A stretch of 64,000 bases of DNA from Glaucostegus cemiculus (taxonomy: Eukaryota): contig CDPCPM010000014.1 in the NCBI GenBank assembly GCA_976551045.1, positions 28,458,001-28,522,000 on the forward strand, written 5' to 3'. How positions within the stretch are numbered: position 1 is the first letter of the stretch; every line of letters starts with the position of its first letter. The notes below the pieces were generated by a model. The model was not told where the DNA came from. It made no database searches and worked only from the letters and a program-made list of their open reading frames with translations. Below, one piece after another: positions 13,191 to 26,409 of this stretch. The position numbers and the translations under genes were made by a program.

Positions 13191-14989
13191 TAGAAAGTGA
13201 CATGTCCTAACAAGAGCAATCAAGCATGAGCATGGTAGCTATATCTAACTGTAGCTGCATAGACAGGCCTGGCAGCATACAACAGAGCCAGATTGTAGCT
13301 CTTACATCCAAAAACTGACCGTAAGTTTAATACCACAACTTAGTATGAGAGAACCAAGGATTACCAAATGTACAAATTGTGAGAAGCGAGATAGAACAAA
13401 AGGAAAGAGTGACAGAGAGCAAAAGAGAGATTTGTGAAAGTTTAACCAGATACTTTCTTCTTCTTTGAATATCCACAAGTCTACAGCATTACCAATATGC
13501 TCTGTCTGGATTTGTATCCAGAGTTTTTGGAAATGCTGATTGTCTGATGCTGTTGAGCTTAATAACAAATTTCAATGAGTACTTCAATTACCTAAAACAA
13601 CAAAGCAATTTTATATTGGAACTCACTAGGTATCTGATGTGCACGTTTATTTGCAAATGATATTTCATGTCAATATGCCGATAGTTTGATTCAACAAAGG
13701 AACATGGGGCAATCTCTAAGCTTATATTTTCCCACCTGAAATGTAACCCCATGGTAAATACATTTTGTAACCCCATGGTAAATACCCCATCTGAAATCCA
13801 TTGTAAGTTTTACTACATTTTATTTGCTAAAATTGTGTTTAATCACTTAGAATAAAATTCAAAACTGGGGCTTTGCAATATATTAAAATTGTGTCAAACA
13901 GTAATAGAGATATCCAACAGGAGAGGGAAAAGATGTGAAGCTCTGTTTGCAGAAGGGCAGGGAGGATTATTAAACTCAGTATTTGATCAAATGGGAAGCT
14001 GCAATTACAGTAGTTGATGGTTTTTACAGTAGTTGATATATTAAAAGTTATTTTTCTCAGCTATGAGGCATTTCAATCAAGGAGGATGACCTGGTCAATC
14101 ATTAGAAGTTGTGCCTTATTAGATATTTGACAGATTGACATCTGACATGGTCATAAATGTGCAGGCTCAGGTCATGGGAGAATAAGGTAGAAATAAAAAG
14201 TGTCAAATTTTTACATTAGGCTTACTGAATTCTCCAAATTTCAGGTAAATACCTCACCACAGATTAAGGAATTTTGTTCTCGTGTTATTTATTAAATTCC
14301 TAACCTGGATTTCTGTCTAGCTGGTAGTAATTCAATTTCTTGCTTGTTATAAATGTAGATAGGCAGGGAAATACAGCAGTCTCTCAACACAGATCTGAGA
14401 AGAGATGGTTAAAGCAGGGATCAATAACTGGGTGAGCACTTATTAAAAGTAAAGAAATCTAATGCGGCCTTGTGAGCACAGGGGCCTAACCTGCTGAGAC
14501 AAGGTTACATTGAGTCCAGGTCACCCAAATGAATATTCATCATGGGCTTATTGACAATTTACCTTACTGGAGACCATTTTCATGCATTAGTATCAATGGT
14601 CAAATTCTCACCACTTTGACACCCACTCAGCAGCAATGAAGTCATCCCAACAGGTTTTGGGTAAGAGTGTGAGGTACATAAGCTAATAATTCTAAGATGT
14701 TATTATCTTCTGGCTCATGTACTCTACGGGGCTGTTCAGTTCACCACCTACTTTGGTTTACTTCTCTGGATCCCCCAACTGCAGCTCCACTCTGCACTGA
14801 GTCCCATCCTGAATTATAATTCATAGCAGTAGATTGGTTTTAAAAATGAGTAAGTGTTACATTGTCAAGAGTGTTGTTGTCTGGATTATATGTCAAACTG
14901 AGATCCTGGCCAGAAATTTTATCATGTAGCACGATGCTTAAGTATGCTTGTGACATAATTTCACACATGGAGAACCACTACTTATCCTG

Positions 14990-15290
14990 GGCTTCACAAA
15001 GTCAGCAATTTCCCATCCAGACGTTCCTTGTGTCTGACTATCAATGTACAGAGTAATCCAGACAGTGTCCATGCTGTACAATCCTTGACATCACTTTTCT
15101 GATTTTTGTTCAAGGGATGGTTGCTAACAAATTCATGCAAAAGCAATCCTTCAAAGCTCACAAGAGGTTTGCACTTTTAGTATTAGTGAAAAGGGGATCC
15201 ATCATAGCCAATAACAGGCTTGAGAGACCAGTGCTTAGGGCAGTACATCCAGTTAAAGTTTTACTCCTTGGAGTTCATGTTCCTCCTAAC
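14990..15290 (+). pseudogene. Decayed PIF/Harbinger transposase fragment
   Basis: Frame from 15055: NPDSVHAVQSLTSLF*FLFKGWLLT resembles the HARBI1-type PGSxHD...L...F...GWLLGD region; flanked by LVSDY (cf. LVCD) and QCLGQY (cf. RCL..LQY). Confidence 0.45.
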
Positions 15291-15704
15291 CCTCCCAAAG
15301 ACAACTATGCTGGTCATGACCCTTGTCCCTGTAACCTTACACTACTCCCAGCAGCTGATTATGCCCCCTTCCCATGACAAGACAAGACTGCAGTGATCCT
15401 AATCCCTTCTAACTGATACCTCGCCAGGGCTGTCCTGTACCTCTCTCTCCATAAACAAACACCTGCAATCCACAAACCAGACCCACATTCAAAGTGCTTC
15501 ATCTTGCACAGTTTGCAGAAGTGCAGAGCTTGAAGGAAACACCTTTTACTGCTCAAAGTATGTACCGTGTGATCATTAGTGCATGATGCCTTGGACCCTG
15601 TTTACCTTAGAATTTTGCTGCAGTGAACTTTTAATTGAATGTCCATTGTCCTGTTGTACACTGTGGATTTAACATATCTTGCTAGGCACCAAGCAATTTT
15701 GGGC

Positions 15705-15785
15705 CCTTAAATGTTCACTAAAGATCCCTATTTGAAGAAGAAAATGTTCTTGCCAACATTCCTCCAACAAAAGCACCTTTTCATT
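15705..15785 (+). mobile_element. DeuSINE-like core fragment
   Basis: aaagatccc-tatttgaagaag...gttct-tgccaacatt, shared with 48300-48580 and 51250-51750. Confidence 0.4.
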
Positions 15786-16743
15786 TTATGTGAAAAATGT
15801 CTTTTATTTTTGCTTGGAGAGGTGACCAATAACTTGTCTGATGCAAAAACCTTTGGGATATTTCTGATGTATTTGTATTCTATATTTTCATATAAGTTTT
15901 GCAGGATGTTTGAGATATGGTGATTCACAATCTAAATAGAGGGTCTTTCTTAAAGAATCAGCTAGCACTCTTCAGATGTAGAAATTTCCAAAATCACCAT
16001 GGCTACTGATTTCTAGCCAACAACTATTTTATAGCATTGGTGGGTTGCCAAGTGCTTGGAACAGTGATTGTTGATACCATGGGCAATTCAATGTCCTACA
16101 TCAATAGGAAAGGAAATCATTTCTCCAGCGCACAGACTGTGTCAACACAAAGCATGAATCTTCCAGGTGACTACTAATTTCCAAGCTTCAACTCAATTAC
16201 TGTATGTTGCCAAGGTTATTTGAAGAAGAGAATGTAATGAATGGATGGCTCCTTGGAACCATGGTTACAAATTAAAAACAAATCTTTTGAGGCTCCTCCA
16301 CTAGATTCAAACTCTGGAAGAGGATTGGTATCTTGTTGAAGAAAATGAAGAATAAAAAAGCCTCTAATATGCAGAAGCAAAACCCCATGGTTTAATTTTT
16401 TTAACACATGTCCCCAGCATAATCTAGCAAAGTATTTCCAGGGAGTGGCATAACTAGCCATTTGATAGGATTTCTGTATGTAATCCTGCAAAGGAAGTAA
16501 GATAATGAGGCGCTGTTGCTTACATTTGCGTTGTTGCATTTCCATATGCTATAGTTTGTTCTAGGAGTGGATCATTTGCTGGTGGATACTTAGATTGATT
16601 CCGGTACATTTGGGCTCAACAAAATCCCCAATGTCATTCCCGGGATCATTCAGCAAGGGAGGAAAATAAATGAAGAATTGGTATATCTTTCAAGTTTCAA
16701 ATTCATTACTAATTCATCTGCATTACATGTATATTAAAATATT

Positions 16744-16835
16744 AAATGGACAGTTGTCCCAGCCCAGATGAAGGGTCTCGACTCGAAATGTCGAATGTCC
16801 ACTTCCCTTCAAAGGTGCTGCCTGACCTGCTGAGA
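16744..16835 (+). mobile_element. Penelope-type mini-element with hammerhead-like core (16760-16797)
   Basis: CAGCC-CAGATGA-A-GGGTC-TC-GACTC-GAAAT-GTC-GAATG, then gtgctgcctgacctgctgag; inverted remnant aaatggacag upstream. Confidence 0.75.
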
Positions 16836-19800
16836 ATAGTTATTATATTTGATCTGCAGCATTCTCAGATGTGGAGATGTTTCAGAAGGTGTAGCACCTA
16901 GACACAGAACATATCCAATATAATGAAAGACTGGTGCAAACTTTCCCACCCATATTCATGAAGATCTTGAATCGTTTAAGCACAATGTATAGAAGAAAAC
17001 TGATCAAGGAAGAACACATACTGATGGAGCTGAAGAAATTGTCCACTCATTTATATTAATGGGTAAAAAAAAATCAGACAAGCTAGTCTATGGACATACA
17101 ATCTGTATAGTTTGTTTTTTCCCTTGGCATTGTACCAAGGTATTCCATTATGGCCAATGCAGGAAATTCTATCCTTGTAGTAATGCTGCCTGTGTCTCTT
17201 GGAATGAAGGACAGGATGAAGATAAAGTTTCAGAAGAAGGACAACAGAAGCAAGAGACCGCTATCATTCAAATATGATGTTGATGAATGCATGAGTTCTG
17301 CACGAGACCTCACGATAATTTTATAGCTCTCAGGGACTGGTTACTCTCCACTCCAATTAAAGAATGCAATGCACTTGAAATGCTGCAAGGCTGTTTGTTT
17401 AACACCTTTCCACACGCATTGACTATACCCTTGAAAGCCACATCAATGACTATTTGGTTTTGTACACCACTGGGGCAGTGGTGTAACTACAAGAAGCTTT
17501 GATTGGATCCTTAAAGTCTACACAAATCCATTTGAAAATCTGGGTATTTACTTGCATTTGAAAGACTCCTCTTCCATACCCACACAAAAATACAACAGAA
17601 ATGAAACTTACATCATCAAAAGTGCACATATACGCTATACAAGAGGCCACCTGAATGTAAAATATGTATTATAAAAAGCCATTACAGCAATGACAAATCA
17701 ATCAAAATTAAATTCTCCAATGATACTTTTTACAAAAATATATGAACAAGACAACACAAAGCCTGGTTAACTTTTGCTCCAGGATTTGATCATTTATTTA
17801 GAATCAAGACCAAGCACAGTCTGAACCCCATCAATGAAAGTGAAGTGAGTCTTGTGATCTGTAAATGGCATAGCACTGCTTCATGCACTGGCTACAATAC
17901 AACTCCCCTGAAATACAAAATAAATTGATACACTGGAGGACAGATTGAAAGACAGTGGAAAGGTCTAGAGGCATTGAGTTGTAAGATGTGGAAGTAGCTT
18001 TGTGATAACAATCTTCAAGTTGTTTTAAACTCGACTGGCTGAATGAAGAGAACACCTTCAAATAAATACAGCTTTGTTGGTCCTGGGAGCAGTATCACAA
18101 AATGCTACAATGCAATGGGAAACTTGAAGTAATATTGTGGAGCTGCTTGCTTATTGACTGCTGAGTTGGCAAAAAAGGTAGCATTTTGACTTATTGTGAC
18201 AGGATAACAAGATTCTGTTGTGAATTGTATTTGGTAAGTAGACAAAAAATATAATTAATCTCTTGCTGCATAATTACAATATGGTATTGCACCCACCCTT
18301 CCTATAAGTCAATGAACAGATAGAATTAAAGACTTCTGAACAGCCTGGATTTGAACCTGATAATGGAAGTGAAAGCAGAATTCCACCACATTCTACACCC
18401 AGTTTTAAACTGACAATGCATTCCGGAAATCAGACAAGAGAGCTTTCCATACCCAATGTTACACTGTGTATATAGTTTCCCAAAGACATCAAGCACAGCA
18501 TAAAACATTTACACCTCTCATTATTACAAAACACATGCAAACAACATTAGCTCACATTTCCTGCCTTCCGAGTTCACAATCTAATATAATATTGTAAATA
18601 TTTTAAAATGCAAGGTACCTTAAAAATAACTGTGATCAAGCAGTTGACATACCAACTGTGCTATTTTTACACTGTCCTTAAGACCAACCCCAACACATCA
18701 TGTCTAATTAAGTACTGCCTATGGTCAAGAGATATTTAATATTCCTCGAAAAGCTCATTACTGAATACCACTGAATAAATTCTTAAAGGAAATAAGCAAC
18801 TACTTAGATTGGATTGAAATGGATCATTGCCACATTTGTTCCTTCTGATTCTTCCTTCCCAGAACAAGAACAGCTTATAAAAAAAAATAAATTGTTGATT
18901 AGCTGATCAGGAAAACTATTTTCAGATATGTTATTTCTTTCCAATATTCAGCAGTTATTTACCATTATAATCAGATTCTGCCTCAATCCATCAGGATTTG
19001 CAAATAATTCACTGTCTCTCTTGACAGTTATACCTTTGCCCACTTGCTTCAATGGATGTTCCACCACTGTGAAAGGTACACATTAGCTGAATTCAGAGCA
19101 ATTCAAGAGAGAAGGGATGGGGGGGAACGAGCTGAATGCAGACAGGATTGCAAGTGAAGAATGGTGCAAATGGAGACGGGGCGAGAGGTCAAGAATGGTT
19201 TGAATGGAAATGGACTGATAATGGTAAATGGTCTAAATAGTGATGGACAATGGATCAGGAAGTCTCTCTTGTGCATACCCATGATTTGAAGACCTTCCTG
19301 GTGTTCTGCATGCACCAATAATAGGCACAAGGTGGCAGCATCACCTATATCAATGCTAAACAGCTTCCTTTCAATATTGTTTTCTTCTAGATAAAGAGTT
19401 CTTTCTTTTTATGTAGTAGTAAGAGGAATGAAAATTGTTCATACTATGAAGGAATGCATGCTTATAAATTTAGTTGAAAGTGAAACTTAAAATTAGCTAC
19501 ATTAAAGTTTTTGTTCTGTCTTAAAATTGATCTTGGTGAAGCTGTGAAAAGCATGACAGCCTGCAGCAGAGACCTGACCTGACAATTTTAACCTCACAAT
19601 CCCGGTTTGATATTGATTACCTCATTGCAACTGTTGCCATCGTTTTTTTACTAAGTGACTAAAACCATTCATTGAGTGTTTGTTCTTTTGCACTCTAACT
19701 GCGCAAATGGATTTGGGTTTTGTTTGTGCAACTGCTAACCAGCTTTAGAGAAATGTATTAACAGTGACAAAATATTCAATTACCTAAACATTCAGAACTA

Positions 19801-19989
19801 AATTAATACCAGGTAGCATACAATTCAATGCATATAAAGCAATCTTTGCGGAGATTTACAATTCATTTTCAATTTTCACAATGATAGGAATGATTAAAAC
19901 TGACATTTTAGTATTCTAAATAGTTTTAATTTATATGTACAATACCGTTTCCTGGAATGTGCTGTCACTATCCAACCAGTCTCACTTCT

Positions 19990-20200
19990 AATCCCTTCAA
20001 TCTGCCTGAGATCAGTCTAGTCAATGTCACTTTAACATTCTGTATGACTGCGACCATGGTGCATTGCCTTTTCAAGCTCTCCAGAGCTCCTGACTTGGGT
20101 GGCAACAACGTTTTTTTACATAAACTCTCCACTTTTATCAGGGTCCATGGCATCGCTCACATAAAACCTCATCCCCATCTGTCCCATTGTTGTTAACGGA
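19990..20200 (+). pseudogene. Possible decayed Harbinger transposase fragment
   Basis: ORF 19957..20196: VNVTLTFC and STFIRVHGIAHI loosely resemble VTxALxFY and AGFPRVQGAIDCTHI. Confidence 0.3.
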
Positions 20201-20509
20201 TCTCCTGTAACACACATGGTCACCTCTGCAAGACATGATTACATCTTAATCCTCATCAATGCCAGTTTCCGTACAGCAGGGACTGCTTAGTGTAATTCAT
20301 TCAACATAAACTTCTTCTGAGTGCTGGGGAAGTGATATTCACTAAAATTGCATGAACTTTATTCATACATTCTTACATGTTTTTGGGCCAGGTCATACTT
20401 ACCTCTGACCAGCAGTTCTATAGGGAATGCTGTATTGAAAGGTGGAAGTCAGAGATGAGCCGGACACCATGAGCTGCATCTGACTTCCCACTCTGCTGAG
20501 ACATTGGTT

Positions 20510-20615
20510 TGAAATATTAACTCTCTCTTTCCATAGATGCTGAATGATTTGTTGATTATTTCCAGCATTTTCTGCTTTTATTTCAGATTTCCAGCGTCTA
20601 TAGTTTCTTGCTTTT
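20510..20615 (+). mobile_element. Penelope-type terminal-repeat fragment
   Basis: tgaaatattaactct...ccatagatgctg...tttccagcattttctgcttttatttcagatttccagc, same arm as 45330-45435. Confidence 0.65.
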
Positions 20616-21342
20616 TATTGACCTCTTTTTAGATGTTAACTGCCTATTTAGTATTTTCATTGTTTGCATTTCCTTTCTCTGTCCCCAAAAATGTGCTTTG
20701 CAGATTGTGCAAAGCAATCTGGAGATTAAGTAGCAATTGGATCTTATAGCCAATTGACAATGACAGAGATTCCATATTCAACAACATAAGTTTATTTTTG
20801 GTTGCATCCCATAGTACAAGAGCAAGATGACAGCAGGTCAAAGCAATCAGGCTTAAAGTAATGTATTTATTATATATTCAGTTTTTACTATCACAGTTCA
20901 ATCTTTACTTTTTAATGCCAAATTGTCAAATTAAAAAAAGGTTTACCTCAAAATATACATTTTTTTTTAAAATTTGCCAATTCAATTAAAGGAAGGTGTT
21001 AAAAATCTTGCAAAGCCAGAGAAACATTACTTGAGCACTAAAATGATCTGAACTTCAAAAGAAATAAAATGAAATAAAACAATCCTTAGCCAAATATATA
21101 ATCCAGTATCATGTCAAACATAACTTGGACCAACCAGTTAAAAGCAAATGCATTAACAAATTATTCTTGATTAAAATTACTGTACAATTGAAACACTGAA
21201 ATTAAAAGCTTATGTGGACTAAGGGCAGACTGAATTTTTAAACAGAGATATGAATTGAATGTCTTCATACTGATGTGCATTTTCAGTTTGAGTTGGTGAA
21301 AGCACAGCCTTTGTATCAGACGTTATGGTGTCTGAACCCTAT

Positions 21343-21405
21343 TAGAGTCATAGAATTGTACAGCATGGAAGCAAGCCCTTCGACCCAACTTATCCATGCC
21401 GACCA
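21343..21405 (-). mobile_element. CR1 3' tail fragment
   Basis: agagtcatagaattgtacagcatggaagcaagcccttcgacccaact...ccatgccgacc matches the starts of 29179 and 52740. Confidence 0.7.
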
Positions 21406-21599
21406 ATTTTTATTTTCTCTTTTAACTGAAAACCCAAAGTCCTGCATTGCAATGAATCAAAGTACTACAGGCCTGAATTGTCCCAAACGTCCCAAACCAT
21501 TACCCAAGATCTGATCAGATAATTTAAAGTGACTCTCCAGTGTGGCAATGTGGGAGTGGATTTTCCAACCATCATCACCAAGATTGCTTACTTCTGTCT

Positions 21600-21750
21600 A
21601 CGTAACACTGCCTGGCTTCAGCACTACCTCGGGTCAACTTGAAATTTTCATCCATGCCATTGTCACCTCCAAAGTTGTCCACTTCGATGAACTCCAGATT
21701 GACCTTCCACCTTCTATTTTTGATAAATTTAAGTGCTTTGCAAATCCTAA
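21600..21750 (+). mobile_element. L2-clade LINE ORF2 fragment
   Basis: EIFIHAIVTSKVVHFDELQIDLPPSIFDK resembles L2 ETLIHAFVTSRLDYxNxLLxGLPxSxLxKL. Confidence 0.6.
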
Positions 21751-22759
21751 TTTAAGGGTTACAGTGATTGGACTGGACTAATGATCAGGCCACATGAATT
21801 TGAATACCATGACAGCAGCTGGATAAGCTAAATAAACATGAAAGAATAGGCAGTACCAGTAAGGGTGACCATGAATTTACCGGATTGCAGTTGCATGTAG
21901 TCAGAAAGTTAGAAAATAAAACATTTAAATTATGCTTGATTATTTAATGAATTATACAAAATACAAACAATGTTTGGTAGAAGCAGTCAAAATCACTTAA
22001 CTTTGATTTTATACCATAAAAAAACAATGGAAAAACAGCAAGACTCCCTGGGTTTTCTCACCCATTGAGGTGCTTTCAGTTCTGATGTGCACCTCTTTCT
22101 CGATGTCTCAGTTACAGACAGGTAGAGCAAGCCCAAGCTGCTGCTGCCTTTCCCCGTTCTTTCATCTGCAGTTAGATCATACAATGCATATGCTCGAGAT
22201 GGCAGTTCAATTCATGTCTATGTATCTGCAGGAAAAGAAAACTGGGAGAAAGCAGAGTCTGAAGTACAGATGGAATGAAAGGACAGGCCTGTGAATTTTA
22301 GGGTCTCCACAGCTGACCTAAGATCTTATTCTTGTCTTCTTCCCCACTCTAAATTAAATCTTTGACCAATTTCCCCCCTTCTTTCTTTTAACCTCCAAGG
22401 AGGGTTTGCTGCAGTTTTGGCTCCATTTGGGTGGTACAAAGTCCACATCATCCAATGAATACAGTCTGGTACTGCCCATCTTATCCATTGGCTGCCAGAG
22501 CAGAGGGCTTGGGGTAACATTGGAGTCACTGATACCTGGGGTTATGGAGAGGTGGTTGATTAGTGGCTTAGTTGGTTGAGGGGAGGAAGTAATGCCTATC
22601 CATCCACAGCAGGCATGTTAGATGAGTACATTGAGAGGGGAACAGGGTCAAGTGTTGGTGAGCAAGGCAGGGCTCACCTTGTCATTTTTACCCTCTACAT
22701 ATCACTGTCGATTGTTGTAAAAACTCAAGTATTTCACCATTGTCCTTCACTGAGGGTAT

Positions 22760-22855
22760 AACACATAAACTGCTGGAGGAACTCAGCGGGTCAGGCAGCA
22801 ACTATGGAGGGAAATGAACAGTTGATGTTTCAGCTGAGACCCTTCATCAGACTGT
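22760..22855 (-). mobile_element. Penelope-type mini-element with hammerhead core (22818-22855)
   Basis: Minus strand ACAGT-CTGATGA-A-GGGTCTCAGCT-GAAAC-ATC-AACTGT, then ...gctgcctgacccgctgagttcctccagca. Confidence 0.8.
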
Positions 22856-22943
22856 AGTTCACTGTTTTCAGTCCACTTGTGCCATTGATTAGGAATGACT
22901 ATGGCTATGGAGCTACAATTTCTGCAATGTATATAGAACAGTA

Positions 22944-23377
22944 AATTGGCAAATTGGTACATTGGTAAATTAGTTTATTATTGTCACATGTACTGAGGTA
23001 CAGTTAAAAACTGTTTTGCATGCCATCATACAGATCAATTCATTACAACAGTGCATTGAGGTAGTACAAGGTAAAACAATAACAGAATGCAGAATAAAGT
23101 GTTACAGTTACAGAGAAAGTGCAGTGCAGGTAGATAATAAGGTGCAAAGCCATAACAAGGTAGATTGTGACGTCAAGAGTCCATCTTATCATACTAGGGG
23201 ACCATTCAATAGTCTTAGAACAGTGGGACAGAAGCTGTCCTTAAGCCTGGTGGTACGTGCTTTCAGGCTTTTGTATCTTCTGCTCAATGGGGGGCGGGGG
23301 CGGAGAAGAGAGGACGTCCAAGGTGGGTGGAGTCTTTGATTAAGCTGGCTGTTTTACCAAGGCAGCGAGAAGGGTAG
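22944..23377 (-). mobile_element. Rex1/Babar-clade LINE 3' end nested in a CR1 tail
   Basis: Minus strand encodes ...RRYKSLKARTTRLKDSFCPTVLRLLN; tail actgtacctcagtacatgtgacaataataaa; flanked by acagta on both sides. Confidence 0.85.
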
Positions 23378-23735
23378 ACAGTACAGCACAGGCCCACAAT
23401 GTCAGTGCCAATCATGATACCAATCCAAACTAATCCCATCTGCCTGCACATGGTCAATATCCCTCCATTCCCTGCATGTTCATGTGCCTGTCTAAATGTA
23501 TCTTAAATGTTGATAACATATCCATTTTCACCACCTCCCTTGGCAGCACATTCCAGGCACCTACCACTCTGTAAAAAAAAAATTGCCTCACAAATCTCCT
23601 TTAATCTCTCCCCCATTAAAGCTAAGCCATTTAGTATTTGACATTTCCACCCTGGAAAAAGGACTCTGACTATCTACCTTATCTATGGTTTTCACAATTT
23701 AATACCCTTATATCAGGTCACCCCTCAGCCTCTGA
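23378..23735 (-). mobile_element. CR1-clade LINE 3' fragment
   Basis: accacctcccttggcagcacattccaggcacctaccactct...tatcaggtcacccctcagcct is the reverse complement of the RLRGDLI...RVVGAWNVLP region. Confidence 0.85.
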
Positions 23736-24399
23736 TGTACATGTAACTTATACAAAAAAGATCTGAGCATCACCACCATTCTAATTCACTGCAGCAATCA
23801 AACCTAGATTTTCTGGAGATTTGCCATCTATTTTTGAGGCTGTACTGGAAAAGTGAGAGTGATAAATGTGGATAAACATGATGGCTCATATTGAATACTC
23901 CTATATTATTGAAGCCCTGACATCCACCCCTCCGAAGACAATGCGTTGGGGTTAAAATTTGAAAGGCTACAATGCCTTATGCAATGAATAGCAGAGTGCA
24001 ATGTGAACATTTAAAATACGGGAAAGAAAAACATGATTTACTTTTGCATTCCATGGTGCAGCTTTGCCTATGCCTCGAGGAAGCCAATGCCTTGGCCACT
24101 TTCCTTCCTCCCACCACCCACTGTTGGTATCCTCCAGGCAATGGAGCCACTGCTGGGTGCCAGACATACATTTACAAATGTACCTGACTCCTGAAGATCA
24201 GTAAAGAGATGGATGAGAACAAGCCCATCTGGCAGGGTTCCCTCCTTTAATGAATCTGGATGTTAGACTTCTGGTTTGCTACAAAAAATTGTGCTGTGAA
24301 ATATGTCTTTATTTTTGAAGCAAATGATCAACCTCTTCAATTTAGATCTATTCAACAGTAAAATATCCCAACACACTTGATAGGTGCATAAATCAGACA

Positions 24400-24715
24400 A
24401 AACAAAAATGAACTGCTAATCACATGATAAGATGCTAGGTTACACTTAACCAATCATCTTAAAAGAAGAGGTGAAACTGTTTTGTGAGGGAACTTCAGAG
24501 GTTAGAACTTAAATAGTGTAAGAGATGGGCAGAAGAAACATAGCAATATATAAGAGGTCAGAATTAAGTGAATACAGAGTTTTTGGAGAGTTATAAATTG
24601 AAGGAGGCAGAGATTAGGGCTTGGAAAGATTTAAATATCAGGATTAAATTTTTAAATTCCAGGCATCAATGGACCCAGAACCAATGTTGTACAGCACAAA
24701 CAGATTTGTGCGTTA
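24400..24715 (-). mobile_element. Old L2-clade LINE 3' fragment
   Basis: gagggaacttcagag...aagaggtcagaatt...ggaaagatttaaatatcaggattaaatttttaaat...gaaccaatg is the antisense of an L2-type HWxxxxxxFKxLxLxFKSxx region. Confidence 0.55.
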
Positions 24716-25344
24716 CTGTATACAAAGTTAATTCAGCAATATATCCTTAATTGTTGCCGGTCATGTTCTTTGGTAGAGCCTGTAACCTTATCCATCTTAT
24801 AACATTGTAAATATTTCCTGCAAGTTTATTTGTTTATATTCATAATCTAATAATATTGTGGAAGCTAGCTACAAACCCTACAGCACTGAATGTTCTATTT
24901 TGCTGGGATTTGTGTAATAAGGTCCATTCACTCTCAACGAGTTCCCATGAAAATCTAATGGGAAATTAAAGATTAATTTGCTGAGCATTAAATTAGATCT
25001 AGGAAACAGACATTGCTGGCTCTGGCTGGTTTGGTTAAACCACAGTAGAGTTCAAATTTCCATTTTTGGGAGCTTTGAGAAATGTCCTAGTTTCTCAAAG
25101 AAAAACCTAGGGATATTTAACTTTTTAACCAGTAACATTAGGAAGTGGATTTTGTACACTTTTATTACATGGGCTGGTGAGTATTGAATGTAAAGATTCA
25201 TGTCTTCTGGTTATTGAATAGTGTAGAGTATGATGCATGGGTATGGAGTGAGGGCTGGAGGTAGAAGTGAATGGGTGTAGCACACAAGAGGCAGCAGACC
25301 ATTACCATTCATTAAGGTCACCTCTGAGGTTGAATATTTGTAAT

Positions 25345-25427
25345 GTACTGTGCTACTGTTACAAGAAGTGAATTTTCATGGCATTTATACCTTTGTATGT
25401 GTGCCTATGACAATAAACTTGAACTTT
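25345..25427 (+). mobile_element. Rex1/Babar-type 3' tail fragment
   Basis: aattttcatggcattta...ctatgacaataaacttgaactt. Confidence 0.45.
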
Positions 25428-26409
25428 TACATTCTGAACTGCTGACATCCCAGAAAACCCACAACAAGAAAGATAGCTGCTCCTGGCTGAACACTGTCTG
25501 TTGTCATTGTCTGTGATGTTTTATCCATTTTTAAGGTTTTGAAAGGCTGGGCACAGCAAAATGTTTGCTTGTGTCCTGGTATTCAATGTTCAGATGTTAG
25601 TGTGGATGGCCTCTTGGGATTAAGAGAAGAGGAATATGTGCTAATGTTTTCAGAGGTCAGCCATGAAAAGGCCCCATTAGGTACTACATGCAGTTTCTAG
25701 TCACAGACACTAATTGAGCCCCATCTGTAACTGTGATATCAGGCCTGCATGTGTGGCTGGGGGGTTGAGCCTTTTTCTTTTAAAGTTAAGAAGAATGCTA
25801 GAAGTAAATTCTTATCCATTAATTCAATTTGCTCTTCCTCAGCCAAAGTCATTTCACTTGAATTATCTGATAATTCAAGTTTTTGTACTAATTTCCCACT
25901 TTGATATTACACTTATGTTTAATTCCTAATACTCTTTCTGCAGAAAATAATATGTTGAGAACTTACAAAGGAATAGCGATGGGGCGAAAAAGTCCAGGGA
26001 AAGGAGTCAATGCATGTTTTATTGCTGGGCTCTTAAGAACACTGTTGCTCCTCCAAGTTCACAAAGAGCCAAGGAAAATTTGGAGAACATGCCTCACTGG
26101 GACTCATCTGGCCTTAGCTGCTGTTCCTGGCAGGCACAGCCTGGCAAGAAAGCCATGACAGCTCTAATTAAGGGGGCCTCAGGTTATAAGAGCAGAAAGG
26201 GAGCCCTGGTATAACCAGAGCCCAGTCTGCAATGTCTGCTCAACCAGATTGGCAAAGGAGTAGACTGGGGAGGAACCTTGTTCTGTTTGATCTGTTCAGA
26301 CCCCACTGAATTTTCATGGTTAATATCAATATCTTGGAAACACTGTTAAAGAAGGAGCATCTGAAGCTATCTTTGAAAGTTTTCACTGTTGGGGGAAAAA
26401 AAACTTGGA

